From an uncultured Chloroflexia bacterium (GTDB lineage Bacteria; Chloroflexota; Anaerolineae; CG2-30-64-16), in the NCBI GenBank assembly GCA_963810095.1, contig CAWEMM010000010.1, positions 1 through 64,000 of the forward strand: a stretch of DNA of 64,000 nucleotides. Reading direction: 5' to 3'. The translations under genes were made by a program, and so were the position numbers. The notes beneath the pieces are model-generated. The model made no database searches. It saw only the letters and a program-made list of their open reading frames with translations, and was not told the origin of the DNA. How positions within the stretch are numbered: the first letter of the stretch is position 1; the number at the start of each line of letters is the position of its first letter. Below are positions 20,705 to 32,794 of this stretch, piece by piece.

Positions 20705-23644
20705 TTGCCGCACATCTATGTTGCGTTGGACCTCGAGACGACCGGCCTGAGCGCCGACCGGGACGCGATCATTGAGGTTGGCGCGGTCAAGTATCGCGAC
20801 GGCGAACCTGTGGAGCGCTTCGAGACGCTGGTCAATCCCGGCCGCCCCATTCCTTACGAGATCACCCTGCTCACCGGCATCCGCAACGAAGATGTCATCG
20901 GCAAGCCAAAATTCGAGCAGGTGGGGCCCGCCCTGCAGCGGTTCGTCGGGAGCGTCCCCGTCGTCGGACACAACATCGCGTTTGACCTGGGCTTCCTGCG
21001 GTATCGCAACCTGTTCCTAGAGAACCCCGGGCTTGATACGTGGGAGTTGGCCTCCGTCTTGATACCGGCGCGGCCTTCGTACAGCCTGGCCAGCCTCGCC
21101 GCGCACTTTGGCATCCCGTCGCCCGACCAGCACCGGGCGCTGAACGACGCAGAAGTGACCGGCCGGCTTTTCGAGATTCTCTGTGAGCATGCCTCGCTGC
21201 TTCCCCGGGGCATCCTGGCGGAGATTGCCCGGCTGGCCGAGATGCTGCGCCAACAGGGCATAGACTGGTCCCTGCGACCGGTCTTCGCCGAGCTTGCGGG
21301 TGCGAACCAGAGACCCGGGCCGTCTGCCGCTTCCGCGCCCCTACTCGAACATATCGCACCCGGCTGTTCGCTGTTCGAGCGTTGGGAGTGTGCCGAGGCG
21401 CTGCAAGCGCGCGACGAACCGCTGCCCGTCGATCCCGCCGACCTCTCGGCGATGCTCGAGCCGGGGGGCGTGTTCGCCGAGTTATTCCCCGGCTATGAGC
21501 ACAGGCCGCAGCAGGTCGAGATGCTCTGCGCGGTGGCCGACGCGTTCAACAGCCAGCACCACCTGATGGCGGAAGCGGGCACGGGCACCGGCAAGTCGCT
21601 CGCCTACCTTCTACCGGCCATCGCGCACGCCGTCCGCAACGGCGAGCGGGTGGTTATCAGCACGAACACGATCAACCTGCAGGATCAGCTGTTTCAGAAG
21701 GACCTGCCCGACCTGGCTCGCGCCTTCCAGCGCACCTGGAGCCGGCGGGAACCCTTCCGAGCAGTGTTGCTTAAGGGGCGCGCGAACTATTTGTGCACCA
21801 AGCGCTTCGCCGCGCTGCGGGCGCGGGGGCCGGCCACGATCGAGGAGATGCGCGGGCTGGCGCGCATCTTGTGCTGGCTGACCCAGACGCGCACCGGCGA
21901 CCAGGCCGAGCTGTCGCTGCCGTGGCAGGGCGACCGGGCGGTGTGGGCGTCGGTCTCTGCGGCCAGCGAAGGGTGCTCGCTCGACCGGTGCGGCCGCGAG
22001 TTGGAGGGGCGCTGCTATTTCTACCGGGCGCGCAAGGCCGCCGACGCCGCGCACGTAATCGTGGTGAACCATGCCCTGCTGATGGCCGATGCGGCGACGC
22101 AGAACCGCGTGCTGCCCGAGTATCATCGCCTGATCGTGGACGAAGCGCACCACCTGGAGAACGCGGTCACCGACCAGCTTTCGTTCCGGGCCGACGGCTT
22201 CACCCTTAACGGGCAGTTCGACGTGCTGTTCAAGCGCGGCGCGGGCCTCGGGGCAGGGTCGGACGGCCGCCATCCCGCCGCTTCGCAGCCGCGGACGGGC
22301 CTTCTCGGCGATGTCTCCGCGCTGCTGCGGCCTGCCGTCGCGGAGCACATCTTCGCACCCCTGCAGAACGCCATCATTCAGGTCCAGGGCGATGTGGAGG
22401 CGGCCCGCTCACGGCTCGATCACTTCTGGCAGGTCATCGAGGATTTTGTGCGCGAGATGCTGCCGAGGGGCGAACGCGACGAGTACGAAACCCGCCTGCG
22501 CATCACCTCGGCGGTGCGGGCTCAGCCGCTGTGGGTCGACATCGAAGTCGCCTGGGATGACCTCGGCGTGCTCTGGGTCCGCCTCGTCGACCACCTTGAC
22601 GCGCTGCTCGGCGCGCTGCGTGACGTGCTCGACGCGAGCCAGGACCCGAGCTTTACCGACCAGCCCAACTTCAGAGCCGACCTCGAGCGACTGTCGGGTG
22701 AGCTGGCGGGCGCGCTGAACAAGCTTAGCGAGACGGCCGAGATTCTGGAGAAATGGGTCATGCGGCCCGACGAGAAGCAGGTCTACTGGGTCGAAGTGCA
22801 GAACGGGCCGCAGAACGCCTCGAAACGGCCGGTATTACGCATGGCGCCCGTCTACGTGGGTGAGCTAGTGCAGGATAACGTGCTGTTCCGCAACGACACG
22901 GTCATCCTCACGTCGGCGACCCTGCGCACCGCGGGCTCATTCGACTATGTACGCGAGCGGCTGGGCGCCGACGCGGCGGACGAAGCCTTCGTCGGCTCGC
23001 CGTTCGACTATAAGGCGTGCACGCTGCTCTACCTGCCTACCGACCTGCCGGAACCGAACGCGCCCGACTTCCAGGCCGCGGTCGATCAGGCGCTGATCGC
23101 CCTGGCTAAGGCGCTCGACGGCCGGACGCTGGCCCTGTTTACCAGTTATGCCCAGCTTAAGCGGACGGCCAATGCCGTCGGTCCCGCGCTGACCCAGTCA
23201 CGCATCACCGCGCTCAGCCAGGCCGCGGGGGCTCTCGCCACCAACTGCTCGAGACGTTCAAGACCAGCGAGCGGACGGTGCTGCTGGGCACCCGCAGCTT
23301 CTGGGAGGGGGTGGACGTGGTCGGCCCCGCCTTGAGCGCGCTCGATCATCGTGCGCCTGCCGTTTGCCGTGCCCAGCGACCCGATCGTTGCCGCGCGCTC
23401 CGAAAGCCTCGACGATCCGTTCTACCAGTACCAGGTGCCGGACGCGATTCTGAAGTTCAGGCAGGGGTTTGGGCGGCTGATCCGGAGCAAGACAGACCGG
23501 GGTGTCGTGGTCGTGATGGATAAGCGGGTCACGTCGAAGACCTACGGCCGGTTGTTCCTCGAGAGTCTGCCCGAGTGCACCGTCATGCAGGCCCCGCTGA
23601 TGAACCTGGCCCAGGCCGCGAAGAGCTGGGTGGATGGGAACTGA
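20705..23644 (+). CDS. dinG: DnaQ-like DEDDh exonuclease fused to DinG helicase (frameshifts near 23230 and 23345)
   Basis: ALDLETTG, GHN..FD, HRALND; EAGTGTGKS, LKGRANYLC, DEAH, LTSAT; FWEGVD and LPF..P..QGFGRLIR in downstream frames. Confidence 0.9.
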
Positions 23645-23738
23645 ATAGGACGCGGATTGAACTGACTGAACTGATCTGCCCGGTTTTTCTGAAGGAGATC
23701 AGGTGAACCGGTCTCATCAGTTCAATCAGTGTCCTGTT
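23644..23738. repeat. AATAGGAC-CTGAT element, copy 2
   Basis: aataggacgcggat..actgat / atcagttcaatcagtgtcctgtt between convergent genes. Confidence 0.85.
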
Positions 23739-23742
23739 TTTG

Positions 23743-24984
23743 TTAGCGCTTGCCGATTTCGACTGCGACCACGTCGTAGTAGCTGCCTGCGCCGAAGCCG
23801 TCGAACATGACATGGTCGCCCACGCCCAGCTCGCGCAGCTTGCGGAGGAACGCGATCATGGTGGACGCGGCGCTGACGTTGCCGAAGTCGTTCAGCAGCC
23901 AGGGCATTGGGATTTCGACGCCTTCCTTCTGAAGCTGCTTCACCTTCAACAGGTTAATCTTCAGGTTGGCGTGGTGCACAAACGCGATGGCGATATCCTT
24001 GCCCGGCATACCGAGCCGGCCCATCCGTTCGCGATAAGTCCCGTACACTTTCCGCACGTTCACCACGCCGTTCCGCACGAACAGCTTGACCATGCCCATG
24101 GGACCGGCCATGACCACCGGTCCGGCATTCGCGGCGGGTTCATGCTGGAGCCCCGCGAACCGGAGCGAGTGGGCGCCCGTGTCCTGGATCTCGAGCAATG
24201 ACGAGCGGGAGTGCGGGTAGGTCATGCGGACCTGCAGCAGCCCCTCTTCGTCGTAGACTTCCTGCGACGCACCCGCGATGAAGCGCATGGTCTCGCCGGG
24301 AACCAGGCCAAATATGCCGGCGCCGTTGCCAAAGAGCTGCAGCGCCTGCGGGTCCTGGGTCTGGTGCATGACGCGGCTGAGGCCCTCGATGCCGCCGACC
24401 AGCACCTTCTTGCCCATCAGCTCTTCGGCCAGGTTGGTGTGTAGCGCGCCCGCGGGCAGCGTCGGATTGAGCGCCAGGTTGAGCGCGGCGACCGAGCCAT
24501 CGCAAGCCTTGTGCACGCTGACCTTCAGTGCGCTTTCTGGCACGCCCGCGCGGGCCGCGATGCGCTCGAGATAGTCCGGCACGACCGGGGTGGTTACGCC
24601 GATCAGGATTGCCTCGACCTCGCCCGGCTCCCAGCCCGCCGCGTGACTCGCCTCGGTAATGAAGCGTGCCCCGACCTCGAGCTCGAGTTTCTCGTGCTCC
24701 TCGGCCGGCATGCTGGGCAGGATATGGCGGTAGTAGAATCCGAAATCGCCGACGTTCAGGGGCCCGCTCTCCAGCGAATGGCCGAGAATGTGCTCTACGA
24801 CTGAGGGAAGCTCCGCGTTATCGCAGCAGTCACCCCATGCGCCGTAGGCCCCGCCCATCCCGACGTCCGGGTTGCTTACGGTTTCAATTCCCAGCGGCAC
24901 CCCTGCGCCCACTGCAATCGTCTCTAGTCTGACGTTCGGGCGCTCAAAAAAAGAAGTTGGCCTTTGCTCGGTACGATCATCCAT
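23743..24984 (-). CDS. Divergent FabH/KAS III-like condensing enzyme
   Basis: Triad-like motifs KACDG (Cys), HHAN (His), FGNVSAAS (Asn), plus LFGNGAG and GFGAG. Confidence 0.75.
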   Translation of the reverse strand: MDDRTEQRPTSFFERPNVRLETIAVGAGVPLGIETVSNPDVGMGGAYGAWGDCCDNAELPSVVEHILGHSLESGPLNVGDFGFYYRHILPSMPAEEHEKLELEVGARFITEASHAAGWEPGEVEAILIGVTTPVVPDYLERIAARAGVPESALKVSVHKACDGSVAALNLALNPTLPAGALHTNLAEELMGKKVLVGGIEGLSRVMHQTQDPQALQLFGNGAGIFGLVPGETMRFIAGASQEVYDEEGLLQVRMTYPHSRSSLLEIQDTGAHSLRFAGLQHEPAANAGPVVMAGPMGMVKLFVRNGVVNVRKVYGTYRERMGRLGMPGKDIAIAFVHHANLKINLLKVKQLQKEGVEIPMPWLLNDFGNVSAASTMIAFLRKLRELGVGDHVMFDGFGAGSYYDVVAVEIGKR

Positions 24985-25390
24985 CACTGCACTCCCCACT
25001 TGCTTCGCAAAGTTGGGTTCTTCACACGCGGGCCGGCCGAACTGCTTTGGCACGCCACCTACGAGAAGAACCGGCAACTTTGAACTTGCTGTGACAAGTA
25101 TAACACACGTGCACGCTAGAGGACGCGGACGCCCGCACTATTACGTGAACTCTTAGCCTTTTGTCCAGTGCGACGGGTCGTGTGCCCGAATTGCCTCCAT
25201 TTGTCTGCAGGTGCGGGGAGCCTGGGGGCGAAAGCACCCTGAGCGGAGCGGGGGGAGCGAAGCCGAAGGATTCTCGGCTGTTTGCGCGACCAGGTTGAAA
25301 CGCGCCTTTGTCGGACTGCCTATATCCGCGCGCCAAATTTTGTGCTATGATCGTTGCACCGCGTCGGATACACTGTGGAAGGAGGCGTCT

Positions 25391-26611
25391 ATGCGACTGC
25401 GTATCGTCCTGCTGATCGTGTTACTTGCAGGCGGTGTCTTGTCGGCGGCTCCGGCTGGAGCAGCGCCGGCCACCCCTAACGGCCTTCCGATTCCCGGCCC
25501 ATGCGTCGACGGCGTTCTGCCCGGCGGGGCACTCTCACGAATCTGTGTTCCGCTGTCGGGTTGGAACGGCGACCTGATCGTCTTTGCCCACGGCTACGTG
25601 GCATTCAATGAACCGCTCGGCTTCTACAACCTCGAGCTCCCCGATGGCACGTCCCTGCCATCGCTCGTCCAGTCCCTGGGCTACGCCTTCGCCACGACGT
25701 CCTACCGGCGCAACGGCCTCGCGATCCTGGAGGGCGTGGACGACGTGAGGGCGTTGGTGGCCGAGTTCGTCCGCACCCAGGGGCAGCCGGGCACGACCTA
25801 CATCACGGGTGCTTCTGAGGGTGGCGCGGTGACTGCCCTGTCGGCCGAACGTTCGGCCGACATCTTCGATGCGGGGCTCTCGCTGTGTGGCCCGATCGGC
25901 GATTTCCGCCGGCAGATCAACTACTGGGAAGATTTCAGGGTGCTCTACGACTATTTCTTCCCGGGCACGCTGCCGGGCGATGCCGTCAACGTTCCACCGC
26001 AGCTGATTGCCGGTTGGGACAGCGTCTACCAGCCGCTCGTGCTGGCCAAGCTGGCGGCCGATCCGCGGGCCGCAGCACAGTTGATCCGCACCTCCAAGGC
26101 CCCCATCGACCTGAAGGACCCGACGACGGCGGGAACGACGACGGCCGGGATCTTGTGGTACAACGTCTTCGCAACAGAGGACGGCAAGCAGCAGTTCGGC
26201 GGGAATCCTTACGACAATCTGACCCGCGTCTACGGCGGGTCGCTGAACGACACCGCGCTCAACGCGGGCGTCGATCGTTTCGCGGCCGATCCCGCTGCGT
26301 TGGTCGCGCTCGGACCGTACAACACGGCCGGCAATCCCGGCATCCCCCTCGTCACGCTACATACGACCGGCGATCCGATCGTGCCCTACTGGCATGAGCA
26401 GTACTACCGCATGAAGCTGCGGGCGAACGGCAATACGGAGGTCACGCAGATCCCGATCCATCGCTACGGCCACTGCAGTTTCACCACCGACGAAGTGCTC
26501 GTCGGCTTCAGTCTCATGGTCGCCAAGGCGACGGGACAGCAGATGTACGTCCCGGCGCAATACGACATCACAGACGCCCGCGCACAGATGGAAGGCGCGG
26601 CGATCAAGTAG
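25391..26611 (+). CDS. Secreted alpha/beta hydrolase
   Basis: Signal peptide, FAHGY, GASEGG nucleophile elbow, GDPIVP, YGHC; AAGGAGG RBS. Confidence 0.85.
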   Translation: MRLRIVLLIVLLAGGVLSAAPAGAAPATPNGLPIPGPCVDGVLPGGALSRICVPLSGWNGDLIVFAHGYVAFNEPLGFYNLELPDGTSLPSLVQSLGYAFATTSYRRNGLAILEGVDDVRALVAEFVRTQGQPGTTYITGASEGGAVTALSAERSADIFDAGLSLCGPIGDFRRQINYWEDFRVLYDYFFPGTLPGDAVNVPPQLIAGWDSVYQPLVLAKLAADPRAAAQLIRTSKAPIDLKDPTTAGTTTAGILWYNVFATEDGKQQFGGNPYDNLTRVYGGSLNDTALNAGVDRFAADPAALVALGPYNTAGNPGIPLVTLHTTGDPIVPYWHEQYYRMKLRANGNTEVTQIPIHRYGHCSFTTDEVLVGFSLMVAKATGQQMYVPAQYDITDARAQMEGAAIK

Positions 26612-26629
26612 TTGTTCTGGCCGCGGTGT

Positions 26630-26661
26630 AAACAGGGCCGGCGCTTTCGCCGGCCCTGTTT
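26630..26661 (+). terminator. Intrinsic terminator
   Basis: aaacagggccggcg-cttt-cgccggccctgttt. Confidence 0.75.
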
Positions 26662-26686
26662 GCGCCGGCGGCCCATGGGAGAGCGT

Positions 26687-29488
26687 ATGACCACCCCCAC
26701 CGAACCGCTCAGCGAGCAGATTCACCTTCTGGGCGACCTATTGGGTCGCACCATCGAAGAGCAGGAGGGGTGTCCCCTGTTCGAGCGCGTCGAGGAGGTG
26801 CGGGCGTTGGCGAAGAGCAGCCGCGCAGGCGACGGCGACGCGCGAACGGCTGCTGCAGCTTGCCCACGGGCTTTCGCTGGCCGAGGCCCGGGGCGTGGTC
26901 AAGGCTTTCACTACCTACTTCCAACTCGTCAACCTTGCCGAAGAACAGGAGCGCGTGCGGGTGCTGCACGAGCGGGCGTTCCGAGCCGCGTCTGAAGGCC
27001 GGCCCATCGGGGAGAGCGCCGGCGCGGCCATCCGTGAGCTGGCGAGCGAGGGCGTGACGGCCGAGCAGATGCAGGGGCTGCTCGACCGCCTCTATGTGCA
27101 GCCCGTCTTCACCGCGCATCCGACCGAGGCGAAGCGCCGCACCATCCTCGCGAAGCTGCGCCGGATCGCGGCGCGCTGGCCCGGATGGATTTCACGGCCC
27201 TGACCCCTGAGGAAGAGCGCGATGCGCTGGACCGGGTCGGCGAGGAGATCGTGGCGCTGTGGCAGTCGGACGAAACCCGGCTGCGGCAGCCAGGCGTGTT
27301 GGACGAGGTGCGCAACGGGCTCTACTTCTTCGACGAGGTCTTGTTCGACCTGGCGCCGGTGATCTACCGCAGCCTGAACGACGCGCTGGGCGAAGCATAC
27401 CCGGGCCACCCCTTCGCCGTTCCGGCCTTTCTGCGCTTCGGCAGCTGGATCGGCGGCGATCGCGACGGCAACCCCTTTGTGACGGTTTCCGTCACCGAAG
27501 AAACCCTGCGCGAACACAAGGCGACCGTGCTGCGGCTGTATCAGCGGGGCCTGGACCGCATGCACGGCCATCTCAGCGCGTCCGCCCGCTACGGCATTAC
27601 GGCTGCACTCTCGGAGAGCCTGGAGCGCGACGGCGAGCTTTTTCCCGACGAGGCGCTGCGGGTGCATTCACGCTACCCCATGCAGCCCTACCGTCACAAA
27701 GGCGCCTACATCTACCGCAAGTTGGCGGCCACGCTCGAGGCGAACCAGCGGCCCTGGCGGGCGGACCATCTACCCGTTCCAAACACTTACCGGAATGTGG
27801 ACGAGTTCATCGCGGACCTGCGCTTGATGCGGGACAGCCTGCGCCAGCACAAGGGCGAGCGGCTGGCCAACGGGCGGCTGGGCGTGCTGATCCTGCAGGC
27901 CGAAATCTTCGGCTTTCACCTGGCGACCCTGGATCTGCGCCAGCACGCGGACCAGCTGCGCAGCGCGCTGACGGAGATCTTCCGGCGCTACGGGCTGAGC
28001 GAGGACTATGCCAGCCTGCCGGAGATCGACAAGGAACTGCTGCTGACGCGCGAATTGCTCGGACGCCGGCCGCTTACGCCGGCCCAGCTCGACTTCAGCG
28101 CGGAAACGAACGAGACGCTTGGAACTCTTCCGGCTCGTCCGCAAGGCGCACGAGCGGATTGGGCCGGATGCCATTCAGAACTTCATCATCAGCATGACCA
28201 CCGGGCCCGCCGACGTGCTGGCCGTGCTGCTGATGGCGCAGGACGCGGGCGTGAGCGACAGTCTCGACATCGCGCCCCTGTTCGAAACCCTGGCGGACTT
28301 GCAGGCTGCGCCGCAGATCATGGAGCAGCTTTTCGGCAACGAAGCGTACCTGGCGCACCTGGCGCAGCGCGCGAACAACCAGCTCGTGATGCTCGGCTAC
28401 TCCGACTCCAACAAGGACACCGGCTACCTGACCGCCAACTGGGAACTGCGCCGCGCACAGCGGGCCATCCCCGACGTCTGCGACCACCACGGCGTCCGCC
28501 TGACGCTCTTCCACGGCCGGGGGGGCACAGTGGGCCGCGGGGGTGGGCCGGCCAATCGCGCGATCCTCGCACAGCCGCCCGAGTCGGTGCACGGCCGCAT
28601 CCGGTTGACGGAACAGGGCGAGACCATTACGAACCGTTACGCGAACCCGGAACTCGCCCGGCGCCACCTGGATCAACTGCTCCATGCGGTTCTGCGGCAG
28701 AGCCTCGTGCCGGCCCCTGCGGCTCCAGTTCACGGGAGCACCCCGAGCGGAGCGAACGAAGAGCGCGCCGTCGGAGTCAGCGGAGCAGCCCGGTGGGATG
28801 AGACGATGGCCGAGCTTTCGGAACGCGCGAAGAGACGCGTACCGGAGTTTTGTCCACGACTCGGAGCAGACCGTTCAGTACTTCTACCAGGCCACGCCCA
28901 TCGACGCGATCGGCCGGCTCAACATCGGCAGCCGGCCCGCCAAGCGCAAGGCGGGCGGGTCCATCTCGGACTTGCGGGCCATTCCCTGGGTGTTCGCCTG
29001 GGCGCAGAGCCGGGCGGGATTGCCCGGCTGGTACGGGCTGGGCAGCGGACTGGAGGGTTACATCGGGCAGGATGAGGGCCGGCTGCAGGAGCTGCAGGCG
29101 ATGTATCGCGACTGGCCGTTCTTCCGTGCGCTGATCGACAATGCGCAGCTGTCGATGCGCCAGGCCGACATGGGGATCGCCGAAGTCTATTCGAGCCTCG
29201 CGGAGCCTGGGGTGCGGGCAGGCGGTCTTTCCCGCGATCCTCCACGAGTTCCGCCGCACGGAGGCCTCTATCCTCAAGCTGACGGGGCAGGCCGACCTGC
29301 TGGATAACGAGCCGTGGCTGCGTCGCTCGATCCAGCTCCGCAACCCCTACATCGACCCGATGAACTACCTACAAGTGGCGCTCTTGCGCCGCTGGCGCGA
29401 GGCTCAGGGCGCAGAGGCAGACGCCTTGCGTGAAGCGGTGCTGTTGAGCGTCAACGGGGTCGCCGCGGGATTGCGCAACACGGGGTGA
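26687..29488 (+). pseudogene. ppc: Phosphoenolpyruvate carboxylase, about 5 frameshifts (pseudogene or sequencing errors)
   Basis: VFTAHPTE, GSWIGGDRDGNP, LDLRQH, PLFET, VMLGYSDSNKD, FHGRGGTVGRGGGP, TEQGE, LRAIPWVFAW, LRNTG spread over six ORF fragments. Confidence 0.9.
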
Positions 29489-29490
29489 GG

Positions 29491-29582
29491 AATAGGACGC
29501 CGATCCAACTGATCGGACAGATACTCCGGATCATTCAGAGGATCGGGCAGATCAACCCCGTCAGTTGAGTCTGCGTCCTATT
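29491..29582. repeat. AATAGGAC-CTGAT element, copy 3
   Basis: aataggacgccgat / tctgcgtcctatt; right end supplies the TAG stop of ORF 29578..30231. Confidence 0.8.
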
Positions 29583-30231
29583 GCACGATGATCTTTGCGA
29601 GCCCCGCGAGGGTCACGATGTCGTCCGTGTACGCTCCCACCCGCAGTGTGGTGTCCAGGTAGACGCCGGGGGCCAGTTGGCCCTGCCAGCCGAGCGAGTC
29701 GCCGACGCGGCGGTACGGGTAGTCGCTCGTCCCTGAGAACTGCGCGCCCGAGTCGCTTTTCCCCTGGAACACCAGGGTCGTCCCCGGCACGGTCTGGCCC
29801 TTGCGCACCGTGTACCCCGATGCGACCTCGTACACATACCGGCCGCTCCCCGGCGCGGCGCCGGCCACTGGGTTGACGCCCGGAATCGTCAGGCGAACGG
29901 TGCCAACGGTCTGCAGCCGGCTGTCGGTGATCAGCGCAATGCGCTGAGGCATGGACACCTGTACGCCCCCGCCTACGGTTCCCTTCCAGTCCAGCGAGTC
30001 CCCGACCTTCTTGATCGCGCGCTGGCCGTCGATGAGCACTTCGGCGCCCTCGTCGGTTTTCTGAACGAACTGGATGTTGGTGCCGGGGATCACTTCGCCG
30101 GGCGCGATGCCGTGCTGCGTGGCGCCGTCATAGGTGATGGCGCCGCCGCTGACACCGCCCCCGCCGGGGAGAAACGAGCAGCCCGCCACCAGGACGCCGA
30201 CGACCATGACCAGGATCAGCGCGCCACGCAT
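29578..30231 (-). CDS. Lipoprotein with two internal repeats
   Basis: Lipobox LVAGC; repeated units PGTnI/L.F..K.D.GA..KVGDSL.W.G; GGGAGG RBS. Confidence 0.8.
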   Translation of the reverse strand: MRGALILVMVVGVLVAGCSFLPGGGGVSGGAITYDGATQHGIAPGEVIPGTNIQFVQKTDEGAEVLIDGQRAIKKVGDSLDWKGTVGGGVQVSMPQRIALITDSRLQTVGTVRLTIPGVNPVAGAAPGSGRYVYEVASGYTVRKGQTVPGTTLVFQGKSDSGAQFSGTSDYPYRRVGDSLGWQGQLAPGVYLDTTLRVGAYTDDIVTLAGLAKIIVQ

Positions 30232-30260
30232 GATAACCTCCCCATAGAACGCGCGACTTC

Positions 30261-30341
30261 ACAGGAAGACTCGAAGGACCAAAGGTCCGCGAAGGACGTT
30301 TAGGCTACTTTGTGCACCTTCGGGTCTTGGGTTCTTCCTGT
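30261..30341. repeat. Palindromic periodic repeat (CACnAAGr-like, degenerate)
   Basis: acaggaagactcgaaggaccaaagg ... ccttcgggtcttgggttcttcctgt, abutting the helicase stop. Confidence 0.55.
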
Positions 30342-32790
30342 TACCGCCGGCTTCGTCCCAGCAGCCACCCCAGGATGACTGCGGCCGCCTGCTTGTCGAG
30401 CGGCTGATTAAAGTTACCGCACTTCGGGCTTTGCACGCAACTCGGGCAACCGCCCGAACAGGGGCAGGCCTTGATCACGTCCAGCGTGGCGGCCCACAGG
30501 TCGGGCAGCAGCTCGAATCCCTTCTCCGCGATGCCGACGCCCCCGGGGAACCCGTCGTAGATGAAGATTTGCGCGGCGTCCGTGTCCGGGTGGCGCGGCG
30601 TGGAGATGCCGCCGATGTCCCACCGGTCGCACATGGCGAACAAGGGCAGGATGCCGATGGCTGCGTGCTCGGCCGCATGGATGCCGCCCAGGAAGTCGAG
30701 CCCGCGCGCGCCGCGAGGAACGCCGGCAGCTCGGGCGGGAGGTCCCACCACATCGCCACTGTTTCGTACTCGGTCAGCGGCATGTCCAGCGGCTCCTCGC
30801 CCAGCATTGTCTCGCTGAAGTGCTGGATGCGGCGGTACCCGATGACCTGCGAGCGCACACGGACCCGGCCCAGGTAGGCGAGACCCCCGGGCGTCTCGCG
30901 GTGGCGCATGGAGCGGACGATCCGCACGTCGTTCAACTCGCGCGGCTGGGTGTAGTAGTCCACGGGCGCTTGCTCCACGATGGCGTGGCGCAGGTCGTAG
31001 TTGAACTCGGTCACCAGGTATGACTCGCCCTGGTGCAGGTAGACCGCACCGGGATGAACGCGCTGGGGCGCAGTCGACGCGCTCAATTCCTCGATCATCT
31101 TATAGGTGTTGGCTGCGTCGAGCACCGCGAAGCGGTCGCCCTCCGCGTCGCGCAGGCTGACGTCGCGGGCCGGGTAATCGCTCGCGCGGTAGACCCACTT
31201 TTCGCCCGTATACTCCAGCGTCCCCGAGCGCTCGAGCTGCACCATCGCGTCCACGAAGCCCGGGCCGAAAAGCGCCTCGTCGTCGCCCGCCGCCGGGGCC
31301 GCGCCCTCGTCGACCCGCAGCGGCGATTCGTGGGCCGCACAGGGCAGGTGGCGCTGCAGGATGTAGATATTGTCCGGGTCGAGCAGCGCGTTCTCGCTTG
31401 GTTTGCCCAGCAGCACGTCGGGATGGCGCATGTAGTACTGATCGAGCGGGTTATCGAGCGCGATGAGCATGGACAGCGAGGGATCTGAACCGCGGCCCGC
31501 GCGGCCGGCCTGCTGCCACATGGACGCGATGGTACCCGGATAGCCGACCAGCAGCGACGCGTCCAGCCCACCCACGTCGATGCCAAGCTCGAGGGCCGAC
31601 GTGGCAGTCACCCCGGTGAGCCGGCCGCCGAACAGCTCGCGCTCGATGCGCCGGCGCTCCTCGGCCATATAGCCGGCCCGGTAGGCCGCCACTTTGTCGA
31701 CCAGCTCGGGGCGGATTTTGCCCAACTGCTGGCGTGAGTAGCGCAGCAGCAGCTCGGCCACTACCCGGGCGCGGGCGAACGCGATCGTGCGCACCCCTGC
31801 GGAAACCAGTTGCGTGAAGAGGTCGGACGCCTCATGGTTGGCGCTGCGCCGCGACGTGCGCGCCTTGTCGACGAAGGGTGGGTTCCACAGTGCGAAGGTG
31901 CGGGGCCCATGCGGCGAGCCGTCGTCGGCGACCACGGTGACCGGAAGCCCGGTGAGCAGGGTGAAGTGTTCGGCCGGGTTGGCAATGGTTGCGGAAGTGG
32001 CGATGAACTGTGGGCCGCGGACGACGCCCGCCGGGGATGCTGAGGCCGATGCGTTTCTGCGCGGCCCGGACCGGGGCCCGGTTCCGGCGCTTCTGATGAC
32101 GGATGCCCGCGTGCGCCGCGCCGTTCCGTCTCCCTGGTAAATCGTACAGACACGGCGCAACCGGCGCAGGACGCAGGCCACCTGCGAGCCGAAGACGCCC
32201 CGGTAGGTGTGGGCCTCGTCGATGACGACATACTTCAGGTGCCTGAAAAACTCGGCCCACAGCGGATGGTTGGGCAGGATGCCGGCGTGCAGCATGTCGG
32301 GGTTCGTCAGCAGGACGCGGGCGTGCTGGCGGACACGGCCGCGCGCGCCCTGCGGCGTGTCGCCATCGTAGGTCGCGGCGAGCGGGTTGACGATGCCCTC
32401 GCCCGCGGCCTTAATCAGCCCGTGCCACTTGCCGAGCTGATCCTGGGCCAGCGCCTTGGTAGGATAGAGGTAAAGTGCGCGGGCCAGCGGGTCGCGCGCC
32501 AGCGCTTCCAGCACGGGCACGTTGAACGTCAGGGTCTTGCCCGATGCGGTCGAGGTGGCGACGACGACATTTTCCCCGTCGAGCGCCCGGTTGATCGCCT
32601 CGGCCTGGTGCGCGTACAGTCGCTCCGCGCCCGTCGCATCCAGCGCACGCTGCACGGGCTGGCTCAGGCGCGCATGGAGCTGGCCGTAGCGCGGCGCGCG
32701 CGATGGCAGGGTCTGCACGTGCACAATCTGCCCGGCGTACCCCTTGCTGTGCCGCAGCGCGTCAAGAAACTGGATCGGATCAAATGTCAT
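30341..32790 (-). CDS. DEAD/DEAH-box helicase with C-terminal DUF1998 (MrfA/YprA/Hrq1-like); frameshift near 30710
   Basis: TSTASGKT, PTKALAQDQ, TNPDMLH, DEAH, TSATIANP, ALELGIDVG, QAGRAGR; CDRWDIGG..IFIYD..GGVG..CPCSGGCPSC in the second frame. Confidence 0.92.
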
Positions 32791-32794
32791 TTCG

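Noticed and set aside
25090-25105. CRP/FNR-like site TGTGA-N6-TAACA
   Set aside because: Single imperfect match that coincides with a minus-strand -10 (TGTTATACT); not enough support
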